64,000 nucleotides of DNA from an uncultured Nitrospiraceae bacterium. Lineage in GTDB: Bacteria > Nitrospirota > Nitrospiria > Nitrospirales > Nitrospiraceae. Both the position numbers and the translations under genes were made by a program. How positions within the stretch are numbered: position 1 is the stretch's first letter; every line of letters begins with the position of its first letter. Where the stretch lies: contig CAZKRM010000001.1 in NCBI GenBank assembly GCA_964555285.1, positions 220,792 to 284,791 on the forward strand, in the 5' to 3' direction. The notes below the pieces were generated by a model. The model was given only the letters and a program-made list of their open reading frames with translations. It was not told the origin of the DNA and did no database searches. Of this stretch, positions 37,693-51,153 are shown piece after piece.

Positions 37693-39041
37693 GAGTAGGC
37701 TCGCTCGTTGTGCTGGCTCAAATCCAACCCCATTCGCTCTTCTTCCACCGTGACGCGCAGTCCGAGCAGACGGTCCACCCCTTTGAGAATGGCGTAGGTT
37801 CCAACCAAGGAAAACAGGGCCACGGCGAGAACCGCGAGCGCTTGCTTCCCGAACAAGAGCGGATTGCCGAAGAAGAGACCGTCGGCGCCTCCGACGTTCA
37901 TGGCTTTGCTGGCAAACAATCCCGTCGCCAACATCCCGACGACTCCCCCGACCCCATGAATCCCCACGACGTCGAGCGAGTCGTCGTACCCCCACTTCCC
38001 CTTCCACAGAATCGCCGCATAGCACAACCCTCCGGCGATCAGACCGATCAGGAGCGCGGAGAAAGGCCCGATGTAGCCGGCCCCAGGCGTGACCGTGGCC
38101 AAACCCGCGACGGCGCCGCTGGCCACACCTAGAACGGTCGGCGTTTTTCGATGGACCCATTCCACCAGCATCCAAGAGGCTGCCCCCGCCGCCGCCGCCG
38201 CATGCGTGGCCAGAAATGCCGCCACAGCCACGGAGTTCGCGCCGAGCGCGCTGCCGCCGTTGAAGCCGAACCAGCCGAACCACAGAAGCCCGGTTCCAAG
38301 GAGCGTCAACGGAAGACTATGCGGCGCCATATATTCGGTGCCGTATCCCTGACGTGGCCCCAGCATCAGCGCACAGACGAGCGCGGCCATGCCCGAACTG
38401 ATATGCACGACGGCGCCCCCGGCAAAGTCGAGCGCCCCCAACTTTCCCAGCCATCCACCCCCCCACAGCCAATGCGCGATCGGCGCGTACACGAGAAGAG
38501 ACCACAAGACGGTGAACAGCAGGAGCGCGCTGAACTTCATGCGCTCCGCAACGGCGCCCGTAATGAGCGCCGGGGTGATCGCTGCGAACATGAGCTGAAA
38601 CACCATGAAGGCTTGATGGGGAATGGTCGGCCCATAGGTGGGATGCGGGGTGAGTCCGACGCCACGTAACGCGATCCAGTCGAGCCCGCCGATCATCCCT
38701 TTGACATCCGGCCCGAACGCCAGACTGTAGCCGATGAGTATCCAGAGTATGCTCAACAGCGACAAAATGATGAAGCTATGGATAACCGTGCCCAACACGT
38801 TTTTGCTGCGGACCAGCCCGCCATAAAATAGGGCGAGCCCCGGGACGATCATCATGAGGACCAGCGCCGAGGAGGCCAGAACCCAGGCGGTGTCACCCGC
38901 ACTGATCGCAGCCGGCACCGGCGAGACAACCGAGGATACGGATGACACCGTTTCCTGTGCCCACCCGCTGATCGCGCTGACCAACAGCGCGATGCAGAAC
39001 AGCAGTGCGAATCCCCTGATCGTCCGCTTCCCTGTGCCCAT
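37689..39041 (-). CDS. amt: ammonium transporter Amt (paralog 2, with signal peptide)
   Basis: Start at ATG 39039-39041 (AAGGAG SD): MGTGKRTIRGFALLFCIALLVSA.. Shows FYGGLVRSKN, DFAGGAVVHISSG and GIHGVGGVVG. Confidence 0.93.
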   Translation of the reverse strand: MGTGKRTIRGFALLFCIALLVSAISGWAQETVSSVSSVVSPVPAAISAGDTAWVLASSALVLMMIVPGLALFYGGLVRSKNVLGTVIHSFIILSLLSILWILIGYSLAFGPDVKGMIGGLDWIALRGVGLTPHPTYGPTIPHQAFMVFQLMFAAITPALITGAVAERMKFSALLLFTVLWSLLVYAPIAHWLWGGGWLGKLGALDFAGGAVVHISSGMAALVCALMLGPRQGYGTEYMAPHSLPLTLLGTGLLWFGWFGFNGGSALGANSVAVAAFLATHAAAAAGAASWMLVEWVHRKTPTVLGVASGAVAGLATVTPGAGYIGPFSALLIGLIAGGLCYAAILWKGKWGYDDSLDVVGIHGVGGVVGMLATGLFASKAMNVGGADGLFFGNPLLFGKQALAVLAVALFSLVGTYAILKGVDRLLGLRVTVEEERMGLDLSQHNERAYS

Positions 39042-39130
39042 ACATGCTCCTTCTTGATCTGTGTCGGCGTCGCTCACTCATGCCCCCGTGCGACGGAGAC
39101 CCCGCCGCACAACTGTCACTCCACGAATGA

Positions 39131-39571
39131 TCAAAACGTCTTGTACTCCAGCCACTTCCCGTTCAGCGTAATCTTGCAACGGGCCTCGCCCTGGCTCCCT
39201 GTCACTTTTTCCATGTCCATCGTGAAATCGATCGCGCTCATGATGCCGTCGCCGAACATTTCGTTCGCCATGTCCCGCATCGCATCGCCGTACACCCCGA
39301 TGATTTCGAGCAATCGATACTTGAACGGATCGGTCGTGTTCGGAAAATCCGCCCGCACCGGGAACTTGCTCAGGGACTGCGTGAGCTCGTGGTCCAGATC
39401 GAGCATCTGGCCGACTTTTGCGGCTTCCTCCGATGTCAGCCGGTGATTGCCGGTCAACGCGGCTGCGACGAACGTCGGATTTTTTCCGACCGCCTTGGCC
39501 ACCTCCACGATGGTGACCTTCTTCGCCAGTCTCTTTGCCTTAATGACATCGCGCGCCCGCTTCGTGTCCAT
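39131..39571 (-). CDS. cynS: cyanase (cyanate hydratase) CynS
   Basis: 146 aa. N-terminal HTH-like region and a C-terminal ...MSAIDFTMDMEKV...GEARCKITLNGKWL.YK.F pattern characteristic of CynS. Confidence 0.92.
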   Translation of the reverse strand: MDTKRARDVIKAKRLAKKVTIVEVAKAVGKNPTFVAAALTGNHRLTSEEAAKVGQMLDLDHELTQSLSKFPVRADFPNTTDPFKYRLLEIIGVYGDAMRDMANEMFGDGIMSAIDFTMDMEKVTGSQGEARCKITLNGKWLEYKTF

Positions 39572-39610
39572 CGGCTCCCTCCTCGTTGAACGTATGCTCC
39601 CGACACCCCG

Positions 39611-40483
39611 TCAGTGCAGCGCCAAGGCCTCCTTCTCAAAATTCACGACCACTGAAGTTCCGTCCTTCGAGTGATCCGGCGCTGCTCCATCGTTCCCCGC
39701 CTCATGTTTGGCGTGACGCACCAAAAAATGAATGATGTGGTTGCGGATCTTATAATAATGCGGATGCTCGATGACCGACTCTCGCGAGCGAGGGCGCGGG
39801 ATCGTCACCTCGACGATCTCTGCGATGCGCGCCTCCGGGCCGTTGGTCATGAGGAGAATCCGGTCCGACAACAAGATCGCCTCATCCACGTCGTGCGTCA
39901 CCATGAACACGGTATTGCGGGTCGTGTTCCACATTTGAACCAGTTCTTCTTGAATGACTCCTCGCGTCAAGGCATCGATCTGGGCAAAGGGCTCATCCAA
40001 CAGCAGCACTTGAGGTTCGATGGAGAAGGCTCTGGCCAATCCCACTCGTTGCTTCATCCCACCCGAGAGCGCGGTCGGCCGCTGATCCTCCGCCCCCTTG
40101 AGGCCCACCAGCGTAATATATTTGTGGACATGGGCGGCCACCTGCTCGCGGCTCCAGTCCGGATAAGCCGACCGCACCGCAAGGGCGATATTCTGAAACA
40201 CGGTCATCCACGGCATCAACGCGAAATTCTGGAAGACGACCATTCGATCCAGCCCTGGGCCGGACGCCTCCCGTCCATTGAGGATGACACCCCCCTCCGA
40301 CATCACTTCCAGACCGGCAATGATGTTCAGCAAGGTGCTTTTGCCGCATCCGGAGTGTCCGATCGTGGTGACGAATTCGCCTTTGTCGATCTTGATGGTG
40401 ACATCTTTAAAAATACAGACATGGCCCGTCCCGGATGGGCTTGGAAAATACTTGCTCACATGATCGACGACGAGAAACGACAT
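39611..40483 (-). CDS. ABC transporter ATPase, nitrate/sulfonate/bicarbonate (NrtD/CynD) family
   Basis: GHSGCGKST (Walker A), LSGGMKQRVGLARA (signature) and LLLDEPF (Walker B). Confidence 0.9.
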   Translation of the reverse strand: MSFLVVDHVSKYFPSPSGTGHVCIFKDVTIKIDKGEFVTTIGHSGCGKSTLLNIIAGLEVMSEGGVILNGREASGPGLDRMVVFQNFALMPWMTVFQNIALAVRSAYPDWSREQVAAHVHKYITLVGLKGAEDQRPTALSGGMKQRVGLARAFSIEPQVLLLDEPFAQIDALTRGVIQEELVQMWNTTRNTVFMVTHDVDEAILLSDRILLMTNGPEARIAEIVEVTIPRPRSRESVIEHPHYYKIRNHIIHFLVRHAKHEAGNDGAAPDHSKDGTSVVVNFEKEALALH

Positions 40484-40487
40484 CGGC

Positions 40488-41375
40488 TTAGTCCTGATAC
40501 GTCACGAGGCCGGCGAGTTTATTGAAGCCGGAATCCAAGATGACACCCACGACACCGACGACCAGAATGGCGAAGATCACGCCGGCAATATCGAGGTTGT
40601 TCCACTCGATCCAACTCAGATAACCGACTCCTAACTCGCCCAGCAACATCTCGGCCGGCACCACCGCTACAAGCGCGCTGCCGAACGAGATGCGCAACCC
40701 ATTCACGATGGTCGGCGCGGCACCGGGCAGGATCACCTTGAACAGCCGCTTGAACCAGGAGAGCTGCAGAATCGCAGCGACATGCAGATAGTCCTTGCGC
40801 AACGAACCGACCCCGAACGCCGTCGTCGCCAGGGTCGGCCAGAGCGCCGCCATGAAGACCACGAGCACCGCCGTCCACTTCGGATCTTTGACCGTGTAGA
40901 GCAACAGCGGCATCCACGCCAGAGGAGAAATCGGCTTGAGAATTTGAATGTACGGATTCACCGCGCGGAACAGCACCTTATTCAACCCCAAGAGAACCCC
41001 CAGCATGACGGCGGCCACCGAGGCTGCGAGAAAACCGCCGGCAAACCGCGAGACGGTATACATCACCAAATAGGCGATGCCGTGGTCGTTGGTGCCCTTC
41101 TTCACGAACGCTTCGGCCAGCTCCGTATGCGCCTTCTCCAGCACCGCGATCGGGCCGGGGATACCTTTGACTTTTTCTTTCTCCGGATTCCAGGTGTATG
41201 CTCCGTCGGCCGTTCGGACGATATCCCCGTTGAACTCCATCAACTGCAGTTGCTCCTCCGTCAAACCGCTCGCATGAAATGACGGACGAATCGTCAAGGC
41301 ATGCCACCCGAGTAGAAAGACCACGAGCAGGAATCCCGAGATCAACAACGGATTGCCTTTTGCCTCCCCTGCCAT
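40488..41375 (-). CDS. ABC transporter permease, NrtB/CynB family
   Basis: 295 aa polytopic protein with the binding-protein-dependent transport EAA-like region. Confidence 0.88.
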   Translation of the reverse strand: MAGEAKGNPLLISGFLLVVFLLGWHALTIRPSFHASGLTEEQLQLMEFNGDIVRTADGAYTWNPEKEKVKGIPGPIAVLEKAHTELAEAFVKKGTNDHGIAYLVMYTVSRFAGGFLAASVAAVMLGVLLGLNKVLFRAVNPYIQILKPISPLAWMPLLLYTVKDPKWTAVLVVFMAALWPTLATTAFGVGSLRKDYLHVAAILQLSWFKRLFKVILPGAAPTIVNGLRISFGSALVAVVPAEMLLGELGVGYLSWIEWNNLDIAGVIFAILVVGVVGVILDSGFNKLAGLVTYQD

Positions 41376-41415
41376 CGCTCCTCCGGAAGGATAACGTGTG
41401 CCTTTTTACTCGTTT

Positions 41416-42744
41416 CTACATGCTGTGAATCTTGAAGCTCTTGACGTACGCGTCTGCCTGGTCCGGATCAAACACCCTCTCCATGATCGTATGTTTCATG
41501 GAGGCGGCCTGATGCGTCGGATACCCGAGTTCCTTGGCGATGCGGTCGCAGTCCGCCGCCCGGTACACCTGCTCGGCCACCGCTTTGTAATTCACTTCGC
41601 CCTTGAGGTGCCCCCACCGCTTCATTTGAGTGAGTATCCAGATGGCCATGGAATGCCACGGGTAGGGATCGAAGTCGATACGGTTCGGCTCTTTCTTGAT
41701 ATTCCCCAGTCCATCGGCGTACGTGCCGGTCAACACCTGCTCCAGCACGGTCACCGGTTGATTCAGATAATTCGTCGGCGCGATCGCGGCGGCGATTTCC
41801 TTGCGATGCGCTGGATCGGACGCATAGTGGGTGGCATCCACGATCGCCCGCCACATCGCGAGGAACGTATTCGGATAGCCGAGGGCAAACTCTTTCGTCA
41901 CGGTAAAGGCGCAACAGGGGTGCCGATCCCAGATTTCCTTCGACAGTTTGTAGATGAATCCGACGTTCTCGTAGACCGCCCGCTGATTGAACGGGTCCGG
42001 CCCCAGATACCCGTCCACGTTGCCGGCCTTCAAGTTCGCGACCATTTCGGGCGGCGGCACCACCCGGATCTGCACGTCCTTGTCCGGATGTACCCCGCCC
42101 TCGGCGAGAAAGTAACGGAGCAGGTAATTGTGCATCGAGAAATCGAACGGCACGCAGAAGCGGAACCCTTTCATATCAGCCGCGGTCTTGACGTCCTTGT
42201 GCTTCACGTGCAACGTGATGGCCTGGCCGTTGATGTTCTCCACCGCCGGCATATAAATCGGAGTCGGCACCGACCCAGCCCCGAGCGTGATGGCCAAGGG
42301 CATCGGAGTCAGCATGTGCGCCGCATCGACTTCCTTATTCACGGTCCAATCGCGGATCATCGCCCAGCCCGCCGCGCGTTTGACCGACGCATTGAGCCCA
42401 TGCTTTTTGTAGAAGCCCAGCGGCTCCGCCATGATGATCGGCGTCCCGCACGTAATCGGAATAAAACCGATACTGACGTCTTTCTTCTCCGGCTTGCCCA
42501 CCGGATCGGCGGCAAACGCTTTCATCCTGTCCCACGGGAGCACCTCCCCGATGACCGCCATCAGAGCCGCGGTGCCAAGTCCTGTCAGGAACTGTCGGCG
42601 CGAGGGGGGAGCCGCCCTGAGGACCGCCGCAATCACCGTTTGCTCCACGGCTCGGTTACAATACTGCTCGGACGAAAGGGCCTCCGGGGTCAACCTCGTG
42701 TCGGGCTCCTCCGGAATCGGCGATGTGTTCGTTTTGTCCGTCAT
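41416..42744 (-). CDS. periplasmic substrate-binding protein, NrtA/CynA family, Tat signal
   Basis: Start moved to ATG 42742-42744 (GGAGG SD). SRRQFLTGLGTAALMAV is a twin-arginine signal. Confidence 0.88.
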   Translation of the reverse strand: MTDKTNTSPIPEEPDTRLTPEALSSEQYCNRAVEQTVIAAVLRAAPPSRRQFLTGLGTAALMAVIGEVLPWDRMKAFAADPVGKPEKKDVSIGFIPITCGTPIIMAEPLGFYKKHGLNASVKRAAGWAMIRDWTVNKEVDAAHMLTPMPLAITLGAGSVPTPIYMPAVENINGQAITLHVKHKDVKTAADMKGFRFCVPFDFSMHNYLLRYFLAEGGVHPDKDVQIRVVPPPEMVANLKAGNVDGYLGPDPFNQRAVYENVGFIYKLSKEIWDRHPCCAFTVTKEFALGYPNTFLAMWRAIVDATHYASDPAHRKEIAAAIAPTNYLNQPVTVLEQVLTGTYADGLGNIKKEPNRIDFDPYPWHSMAIWILTQMKRWGHLKGEVNYKAVAEQVYRAADCDRIAKELGYPTHQAASMKHTIMERVFDPDQADAYVKSFKIHSM

Positions 42745-42886
42745 CGTGCCCTCCTCGGTCGTGCATGCCATGCTGCATGCACACAGTACCCTCGCTGCGA
42801 GAGTTGTTGCTTGTCGTTTGCGCGCCGTCGTTTCTCCGGAACTCGGAACGACTGCGACCCTATTCTCTTCCAAATCGCCGGATATT

Positions 42887-42930
42887 CAAAACAAAAAGGC
42901 GTCCTTCCCCCAACGAAGGGAAAGGACGCC
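42887..42930 (-). terminator. rho-independent terminator downstream of glnA
   Basis: Minus strand: GGCGTCCTTTCCC TTCGTT GGGGAAGGACGCC followed by TTTTTGTTTTG, preceded by GGACAAC. Confidence 0.85.
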
Positions 42931-43068
42931 GTTGTCCGTTCTCGATCAGTTTCCCGGAGCCAGAAGCGGAAACGCCCTTGTCGCCGCAACCGACGTTCTC
43001 CTTGTAGCACGAACCGCATTGCAGCTCAAGCCCCCTGCGTGGGGGGAACGAGCCGGCGACACGATCGC

Positions 43069-44478
43069 CTACGCGTCGTAGTAGAGGAAGAACTCGTATG
43101 GATGCGGCCGCAAGCGCAGCGTATCCACCTCTTTGCTCCGCTTGTAGCCGATCCAGGTTTCGATCAGATCCTCCGTGAACACCCCGCCCTTGAGCAGGAA
43201 TTGATGGTCCTTTTCGAGATGCGTGAGGGCTTCGTCCAGGCTGCCGGGCATCGTGCGAATCTTGGCGGCTTCTTTGGCCTCCAGATCGTACAGATCCTTT
43301 TCACCCGGCTCTCCCGGATTGATCTTGTTCTCGATCCCGTCGAGACCGGCCATAAGCATCGCTGGAAAGGCGATGTAGGGATTGCAGGCCGGATCCGGGA
43401 ACCGCACTTCGATCCGCTTGGCTTTAGGGCTCGGCGAGTACATCGGGATTCGGATCCCCGCAGACCGGTTGCGACTCGAGTAGGCCAACAGGACCGGCGC
43501 TTCAAAGCCGGGCGTCAGCCGCTTATACGAGTTCGTCGTCGGGTTCGTGAATGCGGCGAGCGCCGGTGCATGCTTCAGAATCCCACCGATGTAATGGAGG
43601 CACATTTGCGAGACGCCTGCGTATTCCTTCCCCGCAAACAACGGCTTCCCGTCCTTCCAGATACTCTGATGGGTGTGCATGCCGGACCCGTTGTCTCCGA
43701 AGATGGGCTTCGGCATGAACGTGACCGTCTTCCCATGCCGGCGGGCCACGTTCTTGACGATGTACTTGTACATCATCATCTTGTCCGCCATCTTGAGGAG
43801 CGAATCGAAACGGACATCGATTTCCGCCTGCCCCGCGGTCGCGACCTCGTGGTGATGCTTCTCGACTGCAATACCGGCCTTTTCCATCTCCAGAATCATC
43901 TCGCTACGGATATCTTGCTGCGTGTCGGTCGGCGCCACGGGGAAGTAGCCTTCCTTGGGGCGGATTTTCCCGCCCAGATTGATCCCCTCTTGGCCCATGT
44001 TCCAGACGCCTTCCTCCGAATCGATATAGTAGTAGCCGCTGTGACTCGTCTGATCGTACCGCGCATGATCGAAGATGAAGAACTCGGCTTCCGGCCCCCA
44101 AAAGGACGTGTCGCCGATCTTCGTGCTCTTGAGATACTGTTCAGCTTTCTGCGCGATGAACCGTGGATCGCGGTCGTAGTTTTCGCGCGTGATCGGATCG
44201 ACCGTGTTGCAGACCATGCTCAAGGTCGGCACGGCGGCAAACGGGTCCAAGCAGGCCGTATTCGGATCGGGCATGGCCAGCATGTCGCTGTTGTTGATCG
44301 CTTTCCAGCCCCGTATGGATGATCCATCGAACCCGGACCCGTCTTTGAACAGATCCTCGCTGAGTTCCGATACCGGGATACTGAAATGCTGCCACGTGCC
44401 GAGCAAATCCACGAATTTCAAATCAACGATCTGGACCTTGTTCTTCTTTGCAAACTCCAACACCTCCCGAACGTTCAT
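43069..44478 (-). CDS. glnA: glutamine synthetase type I GlnA
   Basis: 469 aa. The adenylylation-site context GEKDLYDLE retains the Tyr (E. coli NLYDLP). AAGGAGGAGGGG SD. Confidence 0.97.
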   Translation of the reverse strand: MNVREVLEFAKKNKVQIVDLKFVDLLGTWQHFSIPVSELSEDLFKDGSGFDGSSIRGWKAINNSDMLAMPDPNTACLDPFAAVPTLSMVCNTVDPITRENYDRDPRFIAQKAEQYLKSTKIGDTSFWGPEAEFFIFDHARYDQTSHSGYYYIDSEEGVWNMGQEGINLGGKIRPKEGYFPVAPTDTQQDIRSEMILEMEKAGIAVEKHHHEVATAGQAEIDVRFDSLLKMADKMMMYKYIVKNVARRHGKTVTFMPKPIFGDNGSGMHTHQSIWKDGKPLFAGKEYAGVSQMCLHYIGGILKHAPALAAFTNPTTNSYKRLTPGFEAPVLLAYSSRNRSAGIRIPMYSPSPKAKRIEVRFPDPACNPYIAFPAMLMAGLDGIENKINPGEPGEKDLYDLEAKEAAKIRTMPGSLDEALTHLEKDHQFLLKGGVFTEDLIETWIGYKRSKEVDTLRLRPHPYEFFLYYDA

Positions 44479-44531
44479 CCCCTCCTCCTTTCAGGCTCCA
44501 CACATGACACTGTGAGAATGCCCTCGTTTAG

Positions 44532-47662
<3,131 letters not shown>

Positions 47663-47673
47663 GACCTGCTCCT

Positions 47674-49005
47674 TCACGAATACGCTCGCTCATTATGCTG
47701 GGTCAAATCCAACCCGGTCGCTTCTTGTTCTTGCGAGACACGCAAACCGACCGAGCCGTCCACAAGTTTGAGGATCACATAGGTTCCGACAAATGAGAAC
47801 ACGATCGTGGAAAAGACCGCGACCGCCTGAAGACCGAACTGTCCGGGGTTCCCAAAGAAAAATCCGTCGGCGCCGGCCGGATTGAGTGCCTTAGACGCAA
47901 ACAGCCCTGTCGCCAGCATCCCCAGAATGCCGCCCACACCGTGGGTTCCCATCACGTCGAGCGTGTCATCATAGCCGATCTCGCCCTTCCACACAATTGC
48001 GAGATAGGAGAGTCCGCCGGCAGCCGCTCCAATAACCATCGCGGGGATCGGCTCAATAAACCCGGCCCCAGCCGTCGAAGTGGCTAAGCCGGTCACGGCA
48101 CCGCTGGCGATCCCCAGCACGGTGGGCTTCCCGCGATGCATCCATTCCACCGTCATCCAGGCCAGCGCGGCACTGGCTGCTGCAAGGTGGGTGACGGTGA
48201 TCGCCCCCGCTGCAATCGCGTTCGCCCCTCGGGCGCTCCCGCCGTTGAATCCAAACCACCCCAACCAGAGTAGCCCCGCCCCCAAGAGCACGTACGGGAG
48301 GTTGTGCGGAGCCATATAATCCGTTCTCCACCCGTGCCGCTTTCCCAGGACGATCGCACAGGCCAGAGCGCTCACGCCTGAACCGATGTGCACCACCGAC
48401 CCGCCGGCAAAATCCAACGCGCCGAGCTTGCTCAACCATCCCCCGCCCCACACCCAATGGGCCAACGGGGCATAGACAACGATCGTCCATAGACCTGTAA
48501 AGAGAAGCATCGCGCTGAATTTCATGCGCTCGGCGAACGCACCCGCGATGAGCGCCGGGGTGAAGGCGGCAAAGAGCAACTGAAACAACATGAAGGTTTC
48601 GTGTGGAATCGTCGGGGCGTATGTTGAATGCGGGGCGGCCCCCACACCGCTGAGCCCAACCCAGTCCAGTCCCCCGATGACGCCCCCACGATCCGGCCCG
48701 AAGGCGAGGCTGTACCCGCACAAGGCCCAAATGACGGTCACCAGGCAGAGGATGGCAAACACGTGGATCATCGTCCCTATGACGTTCTTGCTGCGGACCA
48801 TTCCTCCATAAAAAAAGGCCATCCCCGGCACGATCATGGCCAGGACCAACGCGCTGGCCGCCAGCATCCACGCCGTATCCCCGCTGTCGATTCCCGTGGC
48901 CATTGCCTTTCCTGCAATCTCCTGCGCCCCCGCCCCTGTCGCCCAGCCGGCCGGACTCATGACACCCCCCGTGATCAGCACACCGTACCGAGTCACTCTC
49001 GTCAT
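47674..49005 (-). CDS. amt: ammonium transporter Amt (paralog 3, with signal peptide), upstream of PII
   Basis: AAGGAGG SD followed by ATGATG; start at 49005 or 49008. Shows FYGGMVRSKN, DFAGGSVVHIGSG and GTHGVGGILG. Confidence 0.93.
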   Translation of the reverse strand: MTRVTRYGVLITGGVMSPAGWATGAGAQEIAGKAMATGIDSGDTAWMLAASALVLAMIVPGMAFFYGGMVRSKNVIGTMIHVFAILCLVTVIWALCGYSLAFGPDRGGVIGGLDWVGLSGVGAAPHSTYAPTIPHETFMLFQLLFAAFTPALIAGAFAERMKFSAMLLFTGLWTIVVYAPLAHWVWGGGWLSKLGALDFAGGSVVHIGSGVSALACAIVLGKRHGWRTDYMAPHNLPYVLLGAGLLWLGWFGFNGGSARGANAIAAGAITVTHLAAASAALAWMTVEWMHRGKPTVLGIASGAVTGLATSTAGAGFIEPIPAMVIGAAAGGLSYLAIVWKGEIGYDDTLDVMGTHGVGGILGMLATGLFASKALNPAGADGFFFGNPGQFGLQAVAVFSTIVFSFVGTYVILKLVDGSVGLRVSQEQEATGLDLTQHNERAYS

Positions 49006-49095
49006 CATGGCCTCCTTCCCCACTCCATGTGCACAACCTGGTTCGGTGCCGGCCTCAGTCTGCGTTGGCTCCGCTGTTGCTAGATTCGTCGCTCG

Positions 49096-50874
49096 TCACA
49101 CACTCCGATACCCGTTCGTGATCGGCATCCGGCGATCCTTGCCGAAGGCACGATGCGTGATCTTGATTCCAATCGGCGCCTGGCGACGCTTGTATTCGCT
49201 GCGATCGACCAGCGTGATGACGCGGGCGACGGTCTCCCGGTCGAACCCCATCTGCACAACGTCCTCGACCGAACGATCCTCTTCGACATAGGCCTTGAGG
49301 ATCGGATCGAGCACCGGGTACGGCGGCAAACTATCCTCGTCTTTCTGGTTGGGCCGCAGCTCCGCCGAGGGTGGCCGATCGAGAATGCGCTTGGGAATCA
49401 CCGGAGACTCGCCGCGCCGGTTGCGGAGACGCGTCAGGTCGTACACCATCGTCTTGGGTACGTCCTTGATCACCGCGAAGCCGCCGGCCATATCGCCGTA
49501 GAGTGTCGCATACCCGACGCTCATCTCGCTCTTGTTGCCGGTGGTCAGCACGAGATGACCGAACTTGTTCGACAACGCCATGAGCAGATTGCCGCGGATG
49601 CGCGCCTGGAGATTCTCTTCCGTCTGGTCGGGACGGCGGCCCGTGAAGGCGGACGCCAGCGACTTGAGATAGCTTCGGAACGTCGTCGTGATCGGGATCG
49701 TGCGGATCTCGATTGAGAGCCGGCGGACGAGTTCGGTCACATCCTCACGGCTTTCTCCGGAGGTATAGGGCGACGGCATGAACACCCCCAGAACGTTCTC
49801 CGGTCCCAACGCATCGACCGCAACCACCGCCGTCAAGGCCGAGTCCACTCCGCCGCTCAGCCCGATCACGACTCGTTTGAAGCCGTTCTTGCGCACATAG
49901 TCGCGCACCCCGAGCACCAACGCCCGGTACACCTCTTCGAGCGGCTCCAGAGCCGGCGTAGAGGGAGGGAGCAGACGCCCCCTCGTCCCTGTGGTCGGAA
50001 GAGAGACCTCGATTCGTTCCACTGCGGCGGCCTCTCGAGCCGACAAGGCTTTCTTGCGCCCATGAGCCGACCTGGCGCGACCGACCGTGGCCACGTGAAG
50101 ATCGGCGACCATCAGCTCCTCTTCGAACGCCTTCCCACGCGCGATGACCTCTCCCGTGTGGTCCAGGATCAAACTGTTCCCGTCGAACACGAGTTCGTCC
50201 TGACCGCCGACCGTATTGGTGTAGGTCACGATGACGCCGTTCTCCCTGGCGCGGGTCGCCAACATCTGCTCCCGCGAGTAGCCCTTCGCGATATGGAACG
50301 GCGAGGCGTTGATGTTCACAATGATATCTGCGCCGGCGGCTGCCTGAGCTCTTGTGGGTCCCTCCGGAAGCCAAATGTCTTCGCAAATGTTCACGCCGAT
50401 GGTCATGCCGTTGAGCGCCAACAACGGGAGCCGCCGGCCTGGGTGGAAGTAGCGGCTTTCATCGAACACCCCGTAGTTCGGGAGAAACCATTTGCAGTAG
50501 GTCGACCGGATCCGGCGATCCGCGATGATCGCGGCGGCATTGTACAGGTGGTGCTGTCCAGCGGACACCACGGCCGCCGACTCCTGTCTCGCCTCCAACA
50601 TCGTCCCTTGTCCGACATAGCCGACGACCGCCACCAGGCCGCGGCATTGCGCGGCGATTTCGTCCAGCGCCCGCCGGTTGTCGGCGACGAACTGGGGCTT
50701 CAGCAGCAGATCCTCCGGTGGGTACCCGGTCACCGCCAGTTCAGGGAACGCGACGAGATCTGCCTTGGCCTTCTTCGCCTCGCGCAACCAACCGGTAATC
50801 CGACGGACGTTGCCGTCGATATCCCCGACCGTGGGATTCATCTGCACCATGGCAATCCGCAGCGTGCGCATCAT
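49096..50874 (-). CDS. nadE: glutamine-dependent NAD+ synthetase NadE (nitrilase-like + synthetase domains)
   Basis: 592 aa. N-terminal CN-hydrolase domain (FPELAVTGYPPEDL, ICEDIW) and a C-terminal SGGVDS PP-loop. Confidence 0.93.
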   Translation of the reverse strand: MMRTLRIAMVQMNPTVGDIDGNVRRITGWLREAKKAKADLVAFPELAVTGYPPEDLLLKPQFVADNRRALDEIAAQCRGLVAVVGYVGQGTMLEARQESAAVVSAGQHHLYNAAAIIADRRIRSTYCKWFLPNYGVFDESRYFHPGRRLPLLALNGMTIGVNICEDIWLPEGPTRAQAAAGADIIVNINASPFHIAKGYSREQMLATRARENGVIVTYTNTVGGQDELVFDGNSLILDHTGEVIARGKAFEEELMVADLHVATVGRARSAHGRKKALSAREAAAVERIEVSLPTTGTRGRLLPPSTPALEPLEEVYRALVLGVRDYVRKNGFKRVVIGLSGGVDSALTAVVAVDALGPENVLGVFMPSPYTSGESREDVTELVRRLSIEIRTIPITTTFRSYLKSLASAFTGRRPDQTEENLQARIRGNLLMALSNKFGHLVLTTGNKSEMSVGYATLYGDMAGGFAVIKDVPKTMVYDLTRLRNRRGESPVIPKRILDRPPSAELRPNQKDEDSLPPYPVLDPILKAYVEEDRSVEDVVQMGFDRETVARVITLVDRSEYKRRQAPIGIKITHRAFGKDRRMPITNGYRSV

Positions 50875-50881
50875 AAGCCCT

Positions 50882-50979
50882 GAGCAATCAGCTTTCAGCT
50901 ATCAGCACTCAGCCATCAATGCGAGGAAGGAGATGATATTCTCCCTTCGAGCTGATCGCTGCCGGCTGACTGCTGATGG
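50882..50979. repeat. heptad-periodic hairpin (TCAGC type) upstream of nadE
   Basis: Left arm AATCAGC TTTCAGC TATCAGC ACTCAGC CATCAAT. Right arm GCTGATC GCTGCCG GCTGACT GCTGATG. Apical stem GAAGGAGA..TCTCCCTTC. Confidence 0.8.
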
Positions 50980-50989
50980 CGACCGCGGT

Positions 50990-51032
50990 AAAAAAAAACG
51001 CCCTCGGTCTCTTAACGAGAGCCAGAGGACGT
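50990..51032 (-). terminator. rho-independent terminator downstream of ureD
   Basis: Minus strand: ACGTCCTCTGGCTCTC GTTAA GAGACCGAGGGCGT followed by T9, preceded by GGACAACG. Confidence 0.85.
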
Positions 51033-51153
51033 CGTTGTCCATTACCACTGTTGTTGTAGGCAGATACGGAGACTCCATGTGTCTCCAAAAACTGGTGCCA
51101 CAGTACCATTCGTCGCTAAACCTGTCAAACCATTTTCCGGGATCTGGGCAGGG

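Noticed and set aside
42931-43068. Possible glutamine riboswitch or other structured RNA between the glnA stop and its terminator (contains GGGGAAGGACGCC)
   Set aside because: The GGAAGGACGC-like string is simply one arm of the terminator stem. I could not reconstruct the glnA-motif three-stem architecture.
51075-51100. Sigma-54 type promoter on the minus strand upstream of nadE (TGGCAC CAGTT TTTGG)
   Set aside because: The -24 element is good, but the -12 element lacks the conserved GC (TTGC), and no enhancer-binding-protein sites are evident.
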